From positions 1,230,001 to 1,262,000 of the forward strand of contig NZ_RSDW01000001.1 of assembly GCF_003945235.1 (NCBI RefSeq): DNA of 32,000 bases. Reading direction: 5' to 3'. The translations under genes and the position numbers were made by a program. The first letter of the stretch is position 1; each line of letters starts with the position of its first letter. Shown piece after piece: positions 21,959 through 31,200 of this stretch. The notes beneath the pieces are model-generated. The model saw nothing but the letters and a program-made list of their open reading frames with translations, was not told where the DNA came from and searched no databases. This DNA comes from Edaphobacter aggregans. GTDB lineage: Bacteria; Acidobacteriota; Terriglobia; Terriglobales; Acidobacteriaceae.

Positions 21959-24900
21959 CTACGGAACGCGGAGGGGACGGAAGCCGGTCGTCGGGAAGAG
22001 GCCCGTCGCGTAGCTTTCGGTTGGATACTGCGGCTTGAAGGTGTACCGCACGAAGAATCCACCGGAGACGGTGTTGTAGTTGTTCGTATTGTTGGCGACG
22101 AGGTAGCCGCCTACGTACCAGTGCTCGGCGACATGGTAGGCCGCCTCAGAGTTGATCGCATAGTTCAGACCTGTGTCGCTGTTCTGGGGGAAGAATGCGT
22201 TGCCTGAACCGGTCTGTAGTGGGCGGTCGAGCGGGAAGTAGGGTGCGCTGTCTTCCTGAAATGTCTGTACGCCGATGCTGCCGTTGATAGTGTAGTGGAA
22301 GTTCGTCTTGTAGTACCCGTTGAAGGTGACCGGGACCGAGGACAAGAAATAGATGTTGGGGCTGAAGTAGCCCCCCTGTCCGTAAGTCATGCCGCGCTCG
22401 TTGTGGTCGTAGTGCATCCCGAAGAAGCCGACTCCCATGTTCAGGCTGCCATATCCTGGCCAGTTCTTTACTCGGAAGTAGGAGCCCATCGTTCCTTCGA
22501 ACTTGAGGTTATCGAGGACGTGATAGCCATTGAGGACGGCACCGCCACCATTAACGTAGATCCCTGCACGTTCGTTGCCTATATCGAGACGAACGCCACC
22601 GCCAGTAGAGATGACGCCACCCCAGATATTGCCGGCGAAGACCGGCGAGATGGTGCCGGGATCGCGGAGGCCGGCGTAGGAAAGCTGCGTGTCCTTGACC
22701 GAGTCGCGGTCGCCGAAGAAGGTAAAGTGGCCGCCCATCGGACGCCACTGCGCGCGGCCTGTAATGTTAGAAACCAGAAATCCGTAAGGTGTGTAACCCG
22801 CTGCGAGGCCGATGTTAGCCGTCGTAAGCTGCAGTTCGCCGCCTACGCCGCTGGCGAACTGCTGAGCGGGTGTGTTCAGGGCATTTGCAGGCAGCGTGCC
22901 GAGGATCGGGATAGTGCCAGTGGCGGTCTGGAAGAACGCGCTATCGATAGTGCCGGAGTTGAGGAAGACGGCTTTGGGAACGACAGTAAGACGGACCGTT
23001 TTGCCCAGCACTGCGGAGGCTTCGAATGGGGCCTCGAGGTCGGTGAGGCGATCGAACCCAGCTGTGCCGCTACGATAACGGGCGTAGCCTGTGCCGCCAA
23101 CCCAACCGCTGTAGGAGCCTTCGAGAGCTGCCAGTTCGAGTTCAGTCTTCGCGCGCTGCGAGAGCGGTCCTCCAGGGACGACAGATGCGTCGTAGGAACC
23201 ACGGAGGGGTGGGACGCTCTTGGCAACTAAGTCGGCATCGGTAGGCGGTGTTCCTTGTGGAATGGGTGCCCCGAGAACGGGATAGCCGGAGTCATTGAGA
23301 GGCTGAGGAACGTTCGGATAGTTAAGCGCTGGGAGAGCGGGAGCTGGAGGCGGCGCAGTTCTTGTAGGTGCCGGCTGCGATGTGTGGCGACGAGCCGTGC
23401 TGGAGGTGCTGTGAGGATACACTCCCGGCTGAGGATACTGCTGGCCGATACCATTGCCCGGCGGCTGTGACTGGCCGGTATATTGCGCGTTCTGCGTTGT
23501 AAGGGTGTCCGGTGGCGGGTTGCTCTGTCCCATCATTACAGGACCGGAACGGGAGCTGGGGCGTGCATTAGGCACGTAGCGTGCGGTGGGCAGGACGTCG
23601 GTGATTTCGGCCTGTGCCGGCGCCGGTCGCGGACTGTTGTCACCTAACTGTATCGGGACAGGAGATGGAGTATAGCCAGCGTTCTGCGATTCCGGCACAT
23701 AGGGAACGTAGGGGCCGTAGACCTCCTGCGGAGGAGGAGCAGCCGTGATGGGAAGCGGTTGCAATTCTGCCCGCTGTGTTGCGGCGAGGATCTGCTGACG
23801 CTGGTAGTCCTGGGTAGAGACGATCTCCGGGGCAGCGGACGGATAGAGCTGCGGCTGGACGGTGGCTGCCTGCGGAACATAGTCCTTTAGGGTCGATCCA
23901 CCGGAGCCCTGTTGCGGGGTGCGTGAGCTGGGATTGGCCATGTACTGCGGGACGACGCTGGAGGTTCCGTTGTACACATTACCGTTATTCATATTGACCT
24001 GGACCGGAGCCTGTCCGTAGGAGTTGGTGTAGCTCGGCAGGTATGGCTGGGTTGGCTGACTGGGCTGCGAGGCAGCATCGGCAGCGTCCGGAGTGCCCAG
24101 AAGGGTTGCGAGATCCTGCGGCTCGGCCGGTTTGGGCAGGCGGGCCACCGGCATGGGCTGGCTGAGTTCGTTGGCCAGTTCGGCGCCGGGGTCCCCTGGC
24201 GGAAGAGCGGCGAGCGAAGCCTTGTAGTAGTCCGCTGCTCGGCTGCTGTTTCCACGGGCCTGCTCGAACTTGGCTCCAAGGTTGAGCATCTCGGCGTCCT
24301 TGGGATAGGCATCGAGGCCGTAGCGCAGCCATGTCTCGGCGATCTTGGTGTCTCCCGCAGCTAGAGCTGCGCCGACGGCGGCCTTGTAGTCGGAAGCAGA
24401 GGCCGAGGTCATGTCCTGTGCCTTGAAGATGGCAACGGCCTGCTTGGGCAATCCCGCGCGGGCGTATCCGGAAGCGAGTGCGCGGAGGACTCCGGGGTTG
24501 TCGGGGAATGACTTTGCCGCAGCGTTGAGGATGGCAAGGGAACGTTTGACGTTGCCGGCAGCGGCTGCCTGATTGGCTCGCCGAACAGCCCAGTTGGTCC
24601 AGATGGTTTGGACTGTGCGGCGCTGCTCGTCAGAGAGATCCTGACGACTGCCAAGCAGCATTAACTGACGATAAAGCCCTGCGTCGTTGCTACCATTGAA
24701 CAGGAGCCATGCATCCTGAATGTCAATGTCGGCCGGGGCAGAGGTATGCTGTAGCGCGTAGTGTTGCTGGACGCGGTTGATGAAGACCCTGGCCTGCTGA
24801 GGCTGGCCGAGCGCGTTGTAAACGGCACCCATCGTCTGGAGGTATTCGACGTCAGACTCGAGCTGAGTGCGCACAGCGGGAGGTATCTGCTGAACCTGTG

Positions 24901-26908
24901 CCAGGGCCTCCTGATCGCGGCCTGCGGTATGAAGCGCAGCGAGCAGTCCCTTCCATGCATCGGGATGGTCGGTGTTTTCAGCCAGAACCTGACGGTAGAT
25001 GGGGTAGGCCTGTTGCGGATTGTTGCGCATCAGGTAGATACCAGCCAGTTGGAGTAGGACTGCCGCGCTGGGTTTCTTGCCTGCGTTGACCTGCTGGGCT
25101 ACTGCTTTCTCCAGAATGTCCTGCGCGATATCGAGTTTGTTCTGGCTCTGGTAGACGGCGGCTACGGTCGTCTGGAAGCCGGGATCGCGCATCGCAGCCT
25201 GGTAAGTCGTCGGCGGCATGTTGCCGAGTGTCTGCACGGCCTGCGCGTCCTGCTTCATCGCGTGATAGACACGGACAAGACCTTGCCAGGCTTGCGTGTT
25301 GTTCATATCGATGGCGAGGACCTGACGATAGAGCCCAGCGGCCTGATCGAGATGATTGGCCTGCTGGAGAAGGCTTGCGTACTGGAGCTGTGTCTCAACC
25401 TGTAAACCATGCGCATCTGCAGGAAACGGCAGATCGAGGGCACTGCGAAGAACACGTTGTGCGTCGGCGTCGCGGCCCACAGAAGAGTAGGCGGAAGCGA
25501 GCGTGCGCAGGAAGTCCGGATCCTTCATCAACTGGCTGTGGACCGCAGGGGGGATACGGCGCTCCGTCAGCAGCGCCTGTGGAGCGTTGCCCGCGCCGTA
25601 CTGCGCCATGAAGAGGCCGCGCCATGCAGCCGTGGAGGTGGGCTTTGCCTTGACGTAGCGATCAAATATCTGGATAGCCGCCTCAGGCTGCTGCGCCTTG
25701 AGCAAGGTGCCGCCGAGACCTTCAAGCGCCTCGGTGCTTGTGGGCCGCATGGCAAGCGCTGCCTGATACTTCTGCTCGGCGGTGGTGAGATCGTTTTCAT
25801 TGAGGGCAACGGAGCCCTCGCCCATGGTGAACCAGAAGCGGGCGGTTTCAAGCGCCGTATCAAGGCCAGCATCGCGCGCACCGTACTGCTTGGCCTGCTC
25901 AAGGAAGCTCATGGCTCCGCCGAAGTTGGACTGCTGCATGCGCACATAGCCCATTCCAGCAAGAGCGCGGGGATTCTGCGGCTCGCTTGCGAGGATGGCC
26001 TTGAAGCGAAGCTCAGCATCATCGAGACGCTTGGCGTTCAGGGCGTTGTAGGCCTCCTGCTCCTGTGCGGTGCGCGCTCGCTGCTCGGCGGTGAGGGCGG
26101 TACCATGTGTCGCGCTGGGCTTGGGCTGGTTGTGCAGAGCTTGGCTTAGTTGCGCATCATTATGCTTGGCGAGATACGCTCTGATGTCGGCTGCTGAGGC
26201 CGGGTTTGCTGAGTCCCACACGAGCGACTGGCGCAGCGCCTCGACCGCCTGAGGACTATCGGGATGCCGCTCTAAGAGCTTACGGCCCTCGGCGCGGGTC
26301 TGCGGGTTGTAGGTCAGGATGCGGCCAAGCGCAATCTGATATCGCGAGTCGTTTGGATACTTCTCGACCAAGGAACGCAGCCCTGCGATGGCATGGGGAC
26401 GGCCGTCATCGGTGGCCGACTCGGTCTCGTAGTAGGCGAGAGCCCAGTCGCCGGGGGGTGGCGTGCTGCCAAAGATCTGACGGTAGATCGCCATCGATTG
26501 CGCATACTGTCCGGACTGAGCGTACTTCCCTGCCTGCTGAAGCTGGGCTGCCTGACTCTGCTGCGAGCCCATGTTCTCAATGCGGGAGATATTCGGGTCG
26601 TTCGGGTTAATTGCTCTCAGACGATCCAGATACGTGCTTGCCAGCGGAGCATTACCGTTCAGCTTGGCTGCACGAGCAAGACCAGCCAATGCATCAACAT
26701 TCACGGGATCGGCAAGCAGTACCTGCTGCCATGTCTGCTCGGCCATGTCCATCCGGCCGCGAAGCTCGAAGGCGTGTGCCTTATCGAGCAACGTCTGGGT
26801 CGCCGATTGTGTGGTCTGTGCGCGCAGTGCAACGGGAACCGACGTGCAGGCCAGAGCGCCAAATAGAATGGCCGCCGCCAAAGGCCGAATTGACGCAACA
26901 CTCTTCAT
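21959..26908 (-). CDS. bcsC: Cellulose synthase operon protein C (long TPR array + C-terminal outer-membrane beta-barrel) with a ~300-aa Pro/Gln-rich insert
   Basis: 1649 aa. The signal peptide is MKSVASIRPLAAAILFGALACTSVPVALRA. Many TPR-like repeats fill about the first 900 aa. The C-terminal region (ELELAALEGSYSGWVGGTGYARYRSG...YFRVKNWPGYGSLNMGVGFFGMHYDHNERGMTYGQGGYFSP) is typical of the BcsC C-terminal domain. Confidence 0.88.
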   Translation of the reverse strand: MKSVASIRPLAAAILFGALACTSVPVALRAQTTQSATQTLLDKAHAFELRGRMDMAEQTWQQVLLADPVNVDALAGLARAAKLNGNAPLASTYLDRLRAINPNDPNISRIENMGSQQSQAAQLQQAGKYAQSGQYAQSMAIYRQIFGSTPPPGDWALAYYETESATDDGRPHAIAGLRSLVEKYPNDSRYQIALGRILTYNPQTRAEGRKLLERHPDSPQAVEALRQSLVWDSANPASAADIRAYLAKHNDAQLSQALHNQPKPSATHGTALTAEQRARTAQEQEAYNALNAKRLDDAELRFKAILASEPQNPRALAGMGYVRMQQSNFGGAMSFLEQAKQYGARDAGLDTALETARFWFTMGEGSVALNENDLTTAEQKYQAALAMRPTSTEALEGLGGTLLKAQQPEAAIQIFDRYVKAKPTSTAAWRGLFMAQYGAGNAPQALLTERRIPPAVHSQLMKDPDFLRTLASAYSSVGRDADAQRVLRSALDLPFPADAHGLQVETQLQYASLLQQANHLDQAAGLYRQVLAIDMNNTQAWQGLVRVYHAMKQDAQAVQTLGNMPPTTYQAAMRDPGFQTTVAAVYQSQNKLDIAQDILEKAVAQQVNAGKKPSAAVLLQLAGIYLMRNNPQQAYPIYRQVLAENTDHPDAWKGLLAALHTAGRDQEALAQVQQIPPAVRTQLESDVEYLQTMGAVYNALGQPQQARVFINRVQQHYALQHTSAPADIDIQDAWLLFNGSNDAGLYRQLMLLGSRQDLSDEQRRTVQTIWTNWAVRRANQAAAAGNVKRSLAILNAAAKSFPDNPGVLRALASGYARAGLPKQAVAIFKAQDMTSASASDYKAAVGAALAAGDTKIAETWLRYGLDAYPKDAEMLNLGAKFEQARGNSSRAADYYKASLAALPPGDPGAELANELSQPMPVARLPKPAEPQDLATLLGTPDAADAASQPSQPTQPYLPSYTNSYGQAPVQVNMNNGNVYNGTSSVVPQYMANPSSRTPQQGSGGSTLKDYVPQAATVQPQLYPSAAPEIVSTQDYQRQQILAATQRAELQPLPITAAPPPQEVYGPYVPYVPESQNAGYTPSPVPIQLGDNSPRPAPAQAEITDVLPTARYVPNARPSSRSGPVMMGQSNPPPDTLTTQNAQYTGQSQPPGNGIGQQYPQPGVYPHSTSSTARRHTSQPAPTRTAPPPAPALPALNYPNVPQPLNDSGYPVLGAPIPQGTPPTDADLVAKSVPPLRGSYDASVVPGGPLSQRAKTELELAALEGSYSGWVGGTGYARYRSGTAGFDRLTDLEAPFEASAVLGKTVRLTVVPKAVFLNSGTIDSAFFQTATGTIPILGTLPANALNTPAQQFASGVGGELQLTTANIGLAAGYTPYGFLVSNITGRAQWRPMGGHFTFFGDRDSVKDTQLSYAGLRDPGTISPVFAGNIWGGVISTGGGVRLDIGNERAGIYVNGGGAVLNGYHVLDNLKFEGTMGSYFRVKNWPGYGSLNMGVGFFGMHYDHNERGMTYGQGGYFSPNIYFLSSVPVTFNGYYKTNFHYTINGSIGVQTFQEDSAPYFPLDRPLQTGSGNAFFPQNSDTGLNYAINSEAAYHVAEHWYVGGYLVANNTNNYNTVSGGFFVRYTFKPQYPTESYATGLFPTTGFRPLRVP

Positions 26909-27054
26909 ACGTTCGCCGCTCGGATGGACGATGCTGGAGGACTAGCATCGACACCTGTGCCGTCCCTCCGAAGCTTACCGCTTTTTTACGGATTTGTACC
27001 GTTTTATTCTGGTATTTACTGTTTTGTTATTGCTTGATTCAGCAATTGTTGCAA

Positions 27055-28245
27055 CTACTTCCACCTCACCCGCAGCCTGCCGTCGCGATCGAAGCGATAG
27101 CGCTGCTCAGACCATCCCGTCGCGAAGAGCGCCAGGTTCTGGTCATAATAACTTCCATCTCGGCCATAGAGACCAGCGGATGGGTCTTTCGTCGCGGCGA
27201 GACGATCTATCTGGGCTTTGGCCTGTGAATTCATACCCAAGGCCTGCAGATAGGGGTATACGGCGGCCGAGAAACCTGGTGGACCGTTGGGACTGATTAT
27301 CGTGCCGTTGCTGTCGACCTTCTCGGGCGGTGTGACATGGGATTTGAGGTAGTTGGCCATTCCGGGAACCTTGCCGAGAAGCGCATGAACGCCACGAGTG
27401 TCTGGGTCTGCGATGCCCAGCCAGAGATAGACGCGGATGGCGTCGTAACTGCCAATCGGCATCTCCTGGCTGGCTGAAGCGAGATGGGACGGTGGAACCG
27501 AGGGCCGAATGACCGAACCTGCGGCAACCCAATCCATCGCGAAGCCTGCTCCTGAGCCCTGCTCGAGGAGGGGTTGCAAGGAATCAAGAACGCCATCCCA
27601 TGGGCCGCGAGGCATCGCCTGAGCGAACCGGGCGAGCACGGGAGGAGGAAAATAGCTGGGATTCAGCAGCCATGTGCTTTCATCCGGATGAAAGCCGACG
27701 GGACCCGAGAGGAGCGTCGTGCCGAGTCCGGGGACGTAGACGACTTCCTGCTGTGCAATGCGAGCCAGCATGACAGTGCCTAGTTTGTCGTAGCGTGGTT
27801 CGCGCCAGAGGCGACCTGCTTCCAGCAGCGAATAAGCGATCCATAGGTCAGCGTCGGCGGCGGGATTGTGGTCAAGAATTTTCCAATTGCCATCGGGATT
27901 TTTTCCCCAACTCCAAGCGGGAAGGTGTTGTGTGAGATCTCCACCGGCAAGGTTGACCTCGGTCCAGTTCAGGAGCTTGTCGAAACGGGTGCGGTCGTTG
28001 TCGACGAGAGCGAAGAACATTGCGTAAGACTGGCCTTCGCTGGTGGTGCGGTCCTGCGCGCTATGATCGATGACCCTGCCCTGAGAGTCGATCATGCGAC
28101 TTGTGTAGCTCTCCCACAAGGGCCATGGCTGCTGGGCACGGCAGCCGATCTCGAGACAGCAGCCGAGAATGAGGCCGATTGCGACGAAACCTGGCAGCGT
28201 TCTCCCGATACGGCGATGGAACGATTCGCGGTTGGTCAACGCCAT
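27055..28245 (-). CDS. bcsZ: Endo-1,4-beta-glucanase, glycoside hydrolase family 8
   Basis: GH8-type motifs TTSEGQSYAMFFALV and AADADLWIAYSLLEAGRLW are present. I prefer ATG 28245 (MALTNRE...) because an AGGGGAGA Shine-Dalgarno lies 7 nt upstream; the track start at 28305 would overlap bcsAB. The gene sits between bcsAB and bcsC. Confidence 0.88.
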   Translation of the reverse strand: MALTNRESFHRRIGRTLPGFVAIGLILGCCLEIGCRAQQPWPLWESYTSRMIDSQGRVIDHSAQDRTTSEGQSYAMFFALVDNDRTRFDKLLNWTEVNLAGGDLTQHLPAWSWGKNPDGNWKILDHNPAADADLWIAYSLLEAGRLWREPRYDKLGTVMLARIAQQEVVYVPGLGTTLLSGPVGFHPDESTWLLNPSYFPPPVLARFAQAMPRGPWDGVLDSLQPLLEQGSGAGFAMDWVAAGSVIRPSVPPSHLASASQEMPIGSYDAIRVYLWLGIADPDTRGVHALLGKVPGMANYLKSHVTPPEKVDSNGTIISPNGPPGFSAAVYPYLQALGMNSQAKAQIDRLAATKDPSAGLYGRDGSYYDQNLALFATGWSEQRYRFDRDGRLRVRWK

Positions 28246-28276
28246 AATGGTTTCTCCCCTGAAGGGCCCCATGTGC

Positions 28277-31200
28277 CTAAACGACGGTTCCCTGCAAACG
28301 TGCACGGGCGCGTCTGCGCAGAAGGGCGCGAAGGATGGCCGCCATCAGGAAGCAGAAGATGACCGTGAAGAAGACCATTAGCCACTGGAACTCGGAGAAG
28401 AGCATGTTGAGGCGAATCCACCAGGATAGAGAGCCAACCCAGTAGACATCGTTACCGATCCGGTAAGAGACGAACCGCTTGCCGTGCAACACGCTGACCG
28501 ATTGCGAGATGTCGGACGATTGCGAGGTCTTCAGGAAGACAGACAGGAAGTTGGGGACGACGGTCTTATCGCGCAGTGCGACGATGACGACGGAGCGGCT
28601 AGAGCCATTGGGCCACTCAATGCCTTCGATCAGAGCATCAGGAAGTCCGCCGGCGGTTTCGAGCTGACCTGACTGGATACGGTCGGAGCTGTGCACCTTC
28701 CACCATGCATGCTGCATCTGGGCGAAGAAGCCCTGCGTGTCCTGAATGTGAAGGCCGCTGCCATCAATCATCACCGGCAGCGAGGGGTTGAGTTTGGCGA
28801 GGGCCGGTGAATCGTCGACGGTGCCGATGACCAGATAGTCCTTATGATGGTCGTTCTTCATGCCCTCGGCGTTGGTTACAGTAACGTTCACGACAGGGTA
28901 GCCGGTTTGGCCGCCGAAGTGTCCCATGAAGGTGAGGAAGGTCTCGATCTCCTCCGGGCCGGGAGTATCGGGCAAAACGACGGACGTGTCGGTCAGGTCT
29001 GCCCTGCGGGTAAAGGGATAACCGGCGTTCGAGAAGAGCTCGAGGTTCGGCATCACGGCCCAATGCGGGATGTCGCGTATATCGAGGTAGGAGTCCTTAA
29101 GGACGGCGCCCTGGAGATTGTAGGGTGCGGTGTCCTCGCATCTCCCTTTTTTGGCCAGCAGGAAGATGAACCGCATCATCATGGTGTTGGAAAATGGACG
29201 CATGTTCGCGACGGGAATCGGAACGATTGTCTCGAGGTGAGCCGAAGCCTTTTCCGTATGCGGGAGCGGAGTCGAGCTGACGAAGGCATCATTGATGTAC
29301 ACCTGCATCGTGCTCTCGTTCGAGATGGGAATGCCGTTGTAGCGATAGCCCAGATGGAAGCCAAGATTCCGCATGGCACCGTAGAAGAGCGCAGGCGGGA
29401 CGCGCATGTAGACCGTAACAGGCCCGGAGCCGTCAGTCTGCAGATCCTCTGTCTGGGCGATGTCTCCAAGGGTGGTCACCTTTTCCGTGCTCATCCAGCG
29501 CGGCGCGTCGTCCGGTTCCCGGGGGGCGGGCATCTTCAAGGAAGAGATGCGCACCTGATCGCCCTGAAGCAGGTCACGCTGCAACGACATCGCCAGCGCA
29601 GCAGTCAACAAATCGTCCGGATTGTCGCCGGTCAACACGAGAACCTTGGAGTAGGGATCGATTGGGTTGGATCGCATGGCGATCGTCGGGCCGGAGTTGG
29701 GACTGATCTTGAGTGTAGAGGGAAGCTCGGCGACGTTCTCGCTAATGACGATGACGTTGCCTGGAGGGATATTGGAGCCGATGGAGACAGGAAAACGGAC
29801 GGCACGGAAGTCGGTGAGGATACCGAACCATGAAGCAACGATGCCGGCCGCCTGAACGGCCTTAGGTGACGGCTGCCCTAGAAAGACAATTGGAACCACG
29901 GGACGCAGGTTCACGGCAGCATCGTAGAAAGGCAGCGGTAGAAGCTTGAGGTCGTCGTGCAGGGGAAGCAGTGAACCTGCCAGTTCGATCGTCGTCGTGG
30001 GATCGACGTGGCTCCAGAGCGTGGTGTGGGATGGGTCTTCGCAATCGAGAGTGTAGTGCCCAATGAACTCGAAGGTAAGTTGATTATTACGGACAAGCAT
30101 CTCAGCAGGAAGCGTCAGCGTTGCTTCGAGGAGAGTGTTGTTCTCGTTACGAATGATGTTGGCTTGATTGTCTGCCGAGCCCGTACCTGCATCGGACGGA
30201 TTAACGGGCGTCTGTTTTGTATTGACCTGAAGTGTCGCGAAGAGAGTACCGTTCAGGCTTACCTTCAGGTGGCTGAGAGATGGAATCAGACCAGGCGAGA
30301 AGTGATAGCGCAGGTGCATGGTCGCGGTTTTGACGACCTGGGTCTGCGGCAGCGAGAAGTTAACGGTGTGGTAGGCATCGACGCCGCGCAGCACGATGGT
30401 TTCGGATACACCGATGTCGGCCAGCGTGAAGACATTGTCGAATGTGCCAGGCGCTGCTGGGCGGGCTTCCATGCCGCTCTGTGCGGTGTCGTTGACGTCT
30501 GTTTGGACTGACGAATTCGGAATAGCACGAACCTGTGCCGCGAGTCTGGTGGCGCCTGCCAGCAAAAGAACAAAAAGCAGTGGTGCAATGCTTGTGGCGA
30601 GTCTGCCCTTCGGCTGACTTTTCTTCGTCTTCATCAATCCGCGTATCGTTTGCGAAAGCCCGTGCATGGACAACTGGAAAATTCGGCCCAGGCTTCTCAT
30701 TGGACGGTCCAATTCGCGAGCTTCGCCCCAGTTCAGCCAGGTATCGGCACGGGAGTAAAGCACCATCGTCAACGCCTCCTCCTCCTGAAGAGAGAGGGGG
30801 TCGAACTGGGCGCGGAGAACATTGCCGCTGACGCTGATAACCGTGGCAGGCAAGGTCGCTTCTCCGTCGAGGACAGGAAAGGTCATCCTGATGGAGTCAC
30901 CGGGAGTAGCCGTAAAGTCGCGGCTCATCCGCATCATCACGCCACCGCTGGAAAGATCCGAGGTGACACCCTGAATTGCCGTTCCGTTTGCGAGTTGGAT
31001 CGTCGAGGGAACTGCCATCGAAACACGCACGGTCTGTCGGCGCTGCTGGCTCTCCCACGCAACCGCAGTGCAGACGCCCAGGATGATGATGTTAAAGCAG
31101 ACCCATATCAGGTTCATCACGATGGTTCCGGGATGAGTACCGTCGTACAGCCCGCTGATCACAGGAATCGGGATGTAGAAGAACCTGGGAATTGCCATCA

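Noticed and set aside
22295-23230. 311-aa plus-strand ORF inside bcsC, with similar ones at 25409-26149 and 26393-27228
   Set aside because: They are antisense to a gene with clear BcsC TPR and barrel features, and they have shadow-ORF composition.
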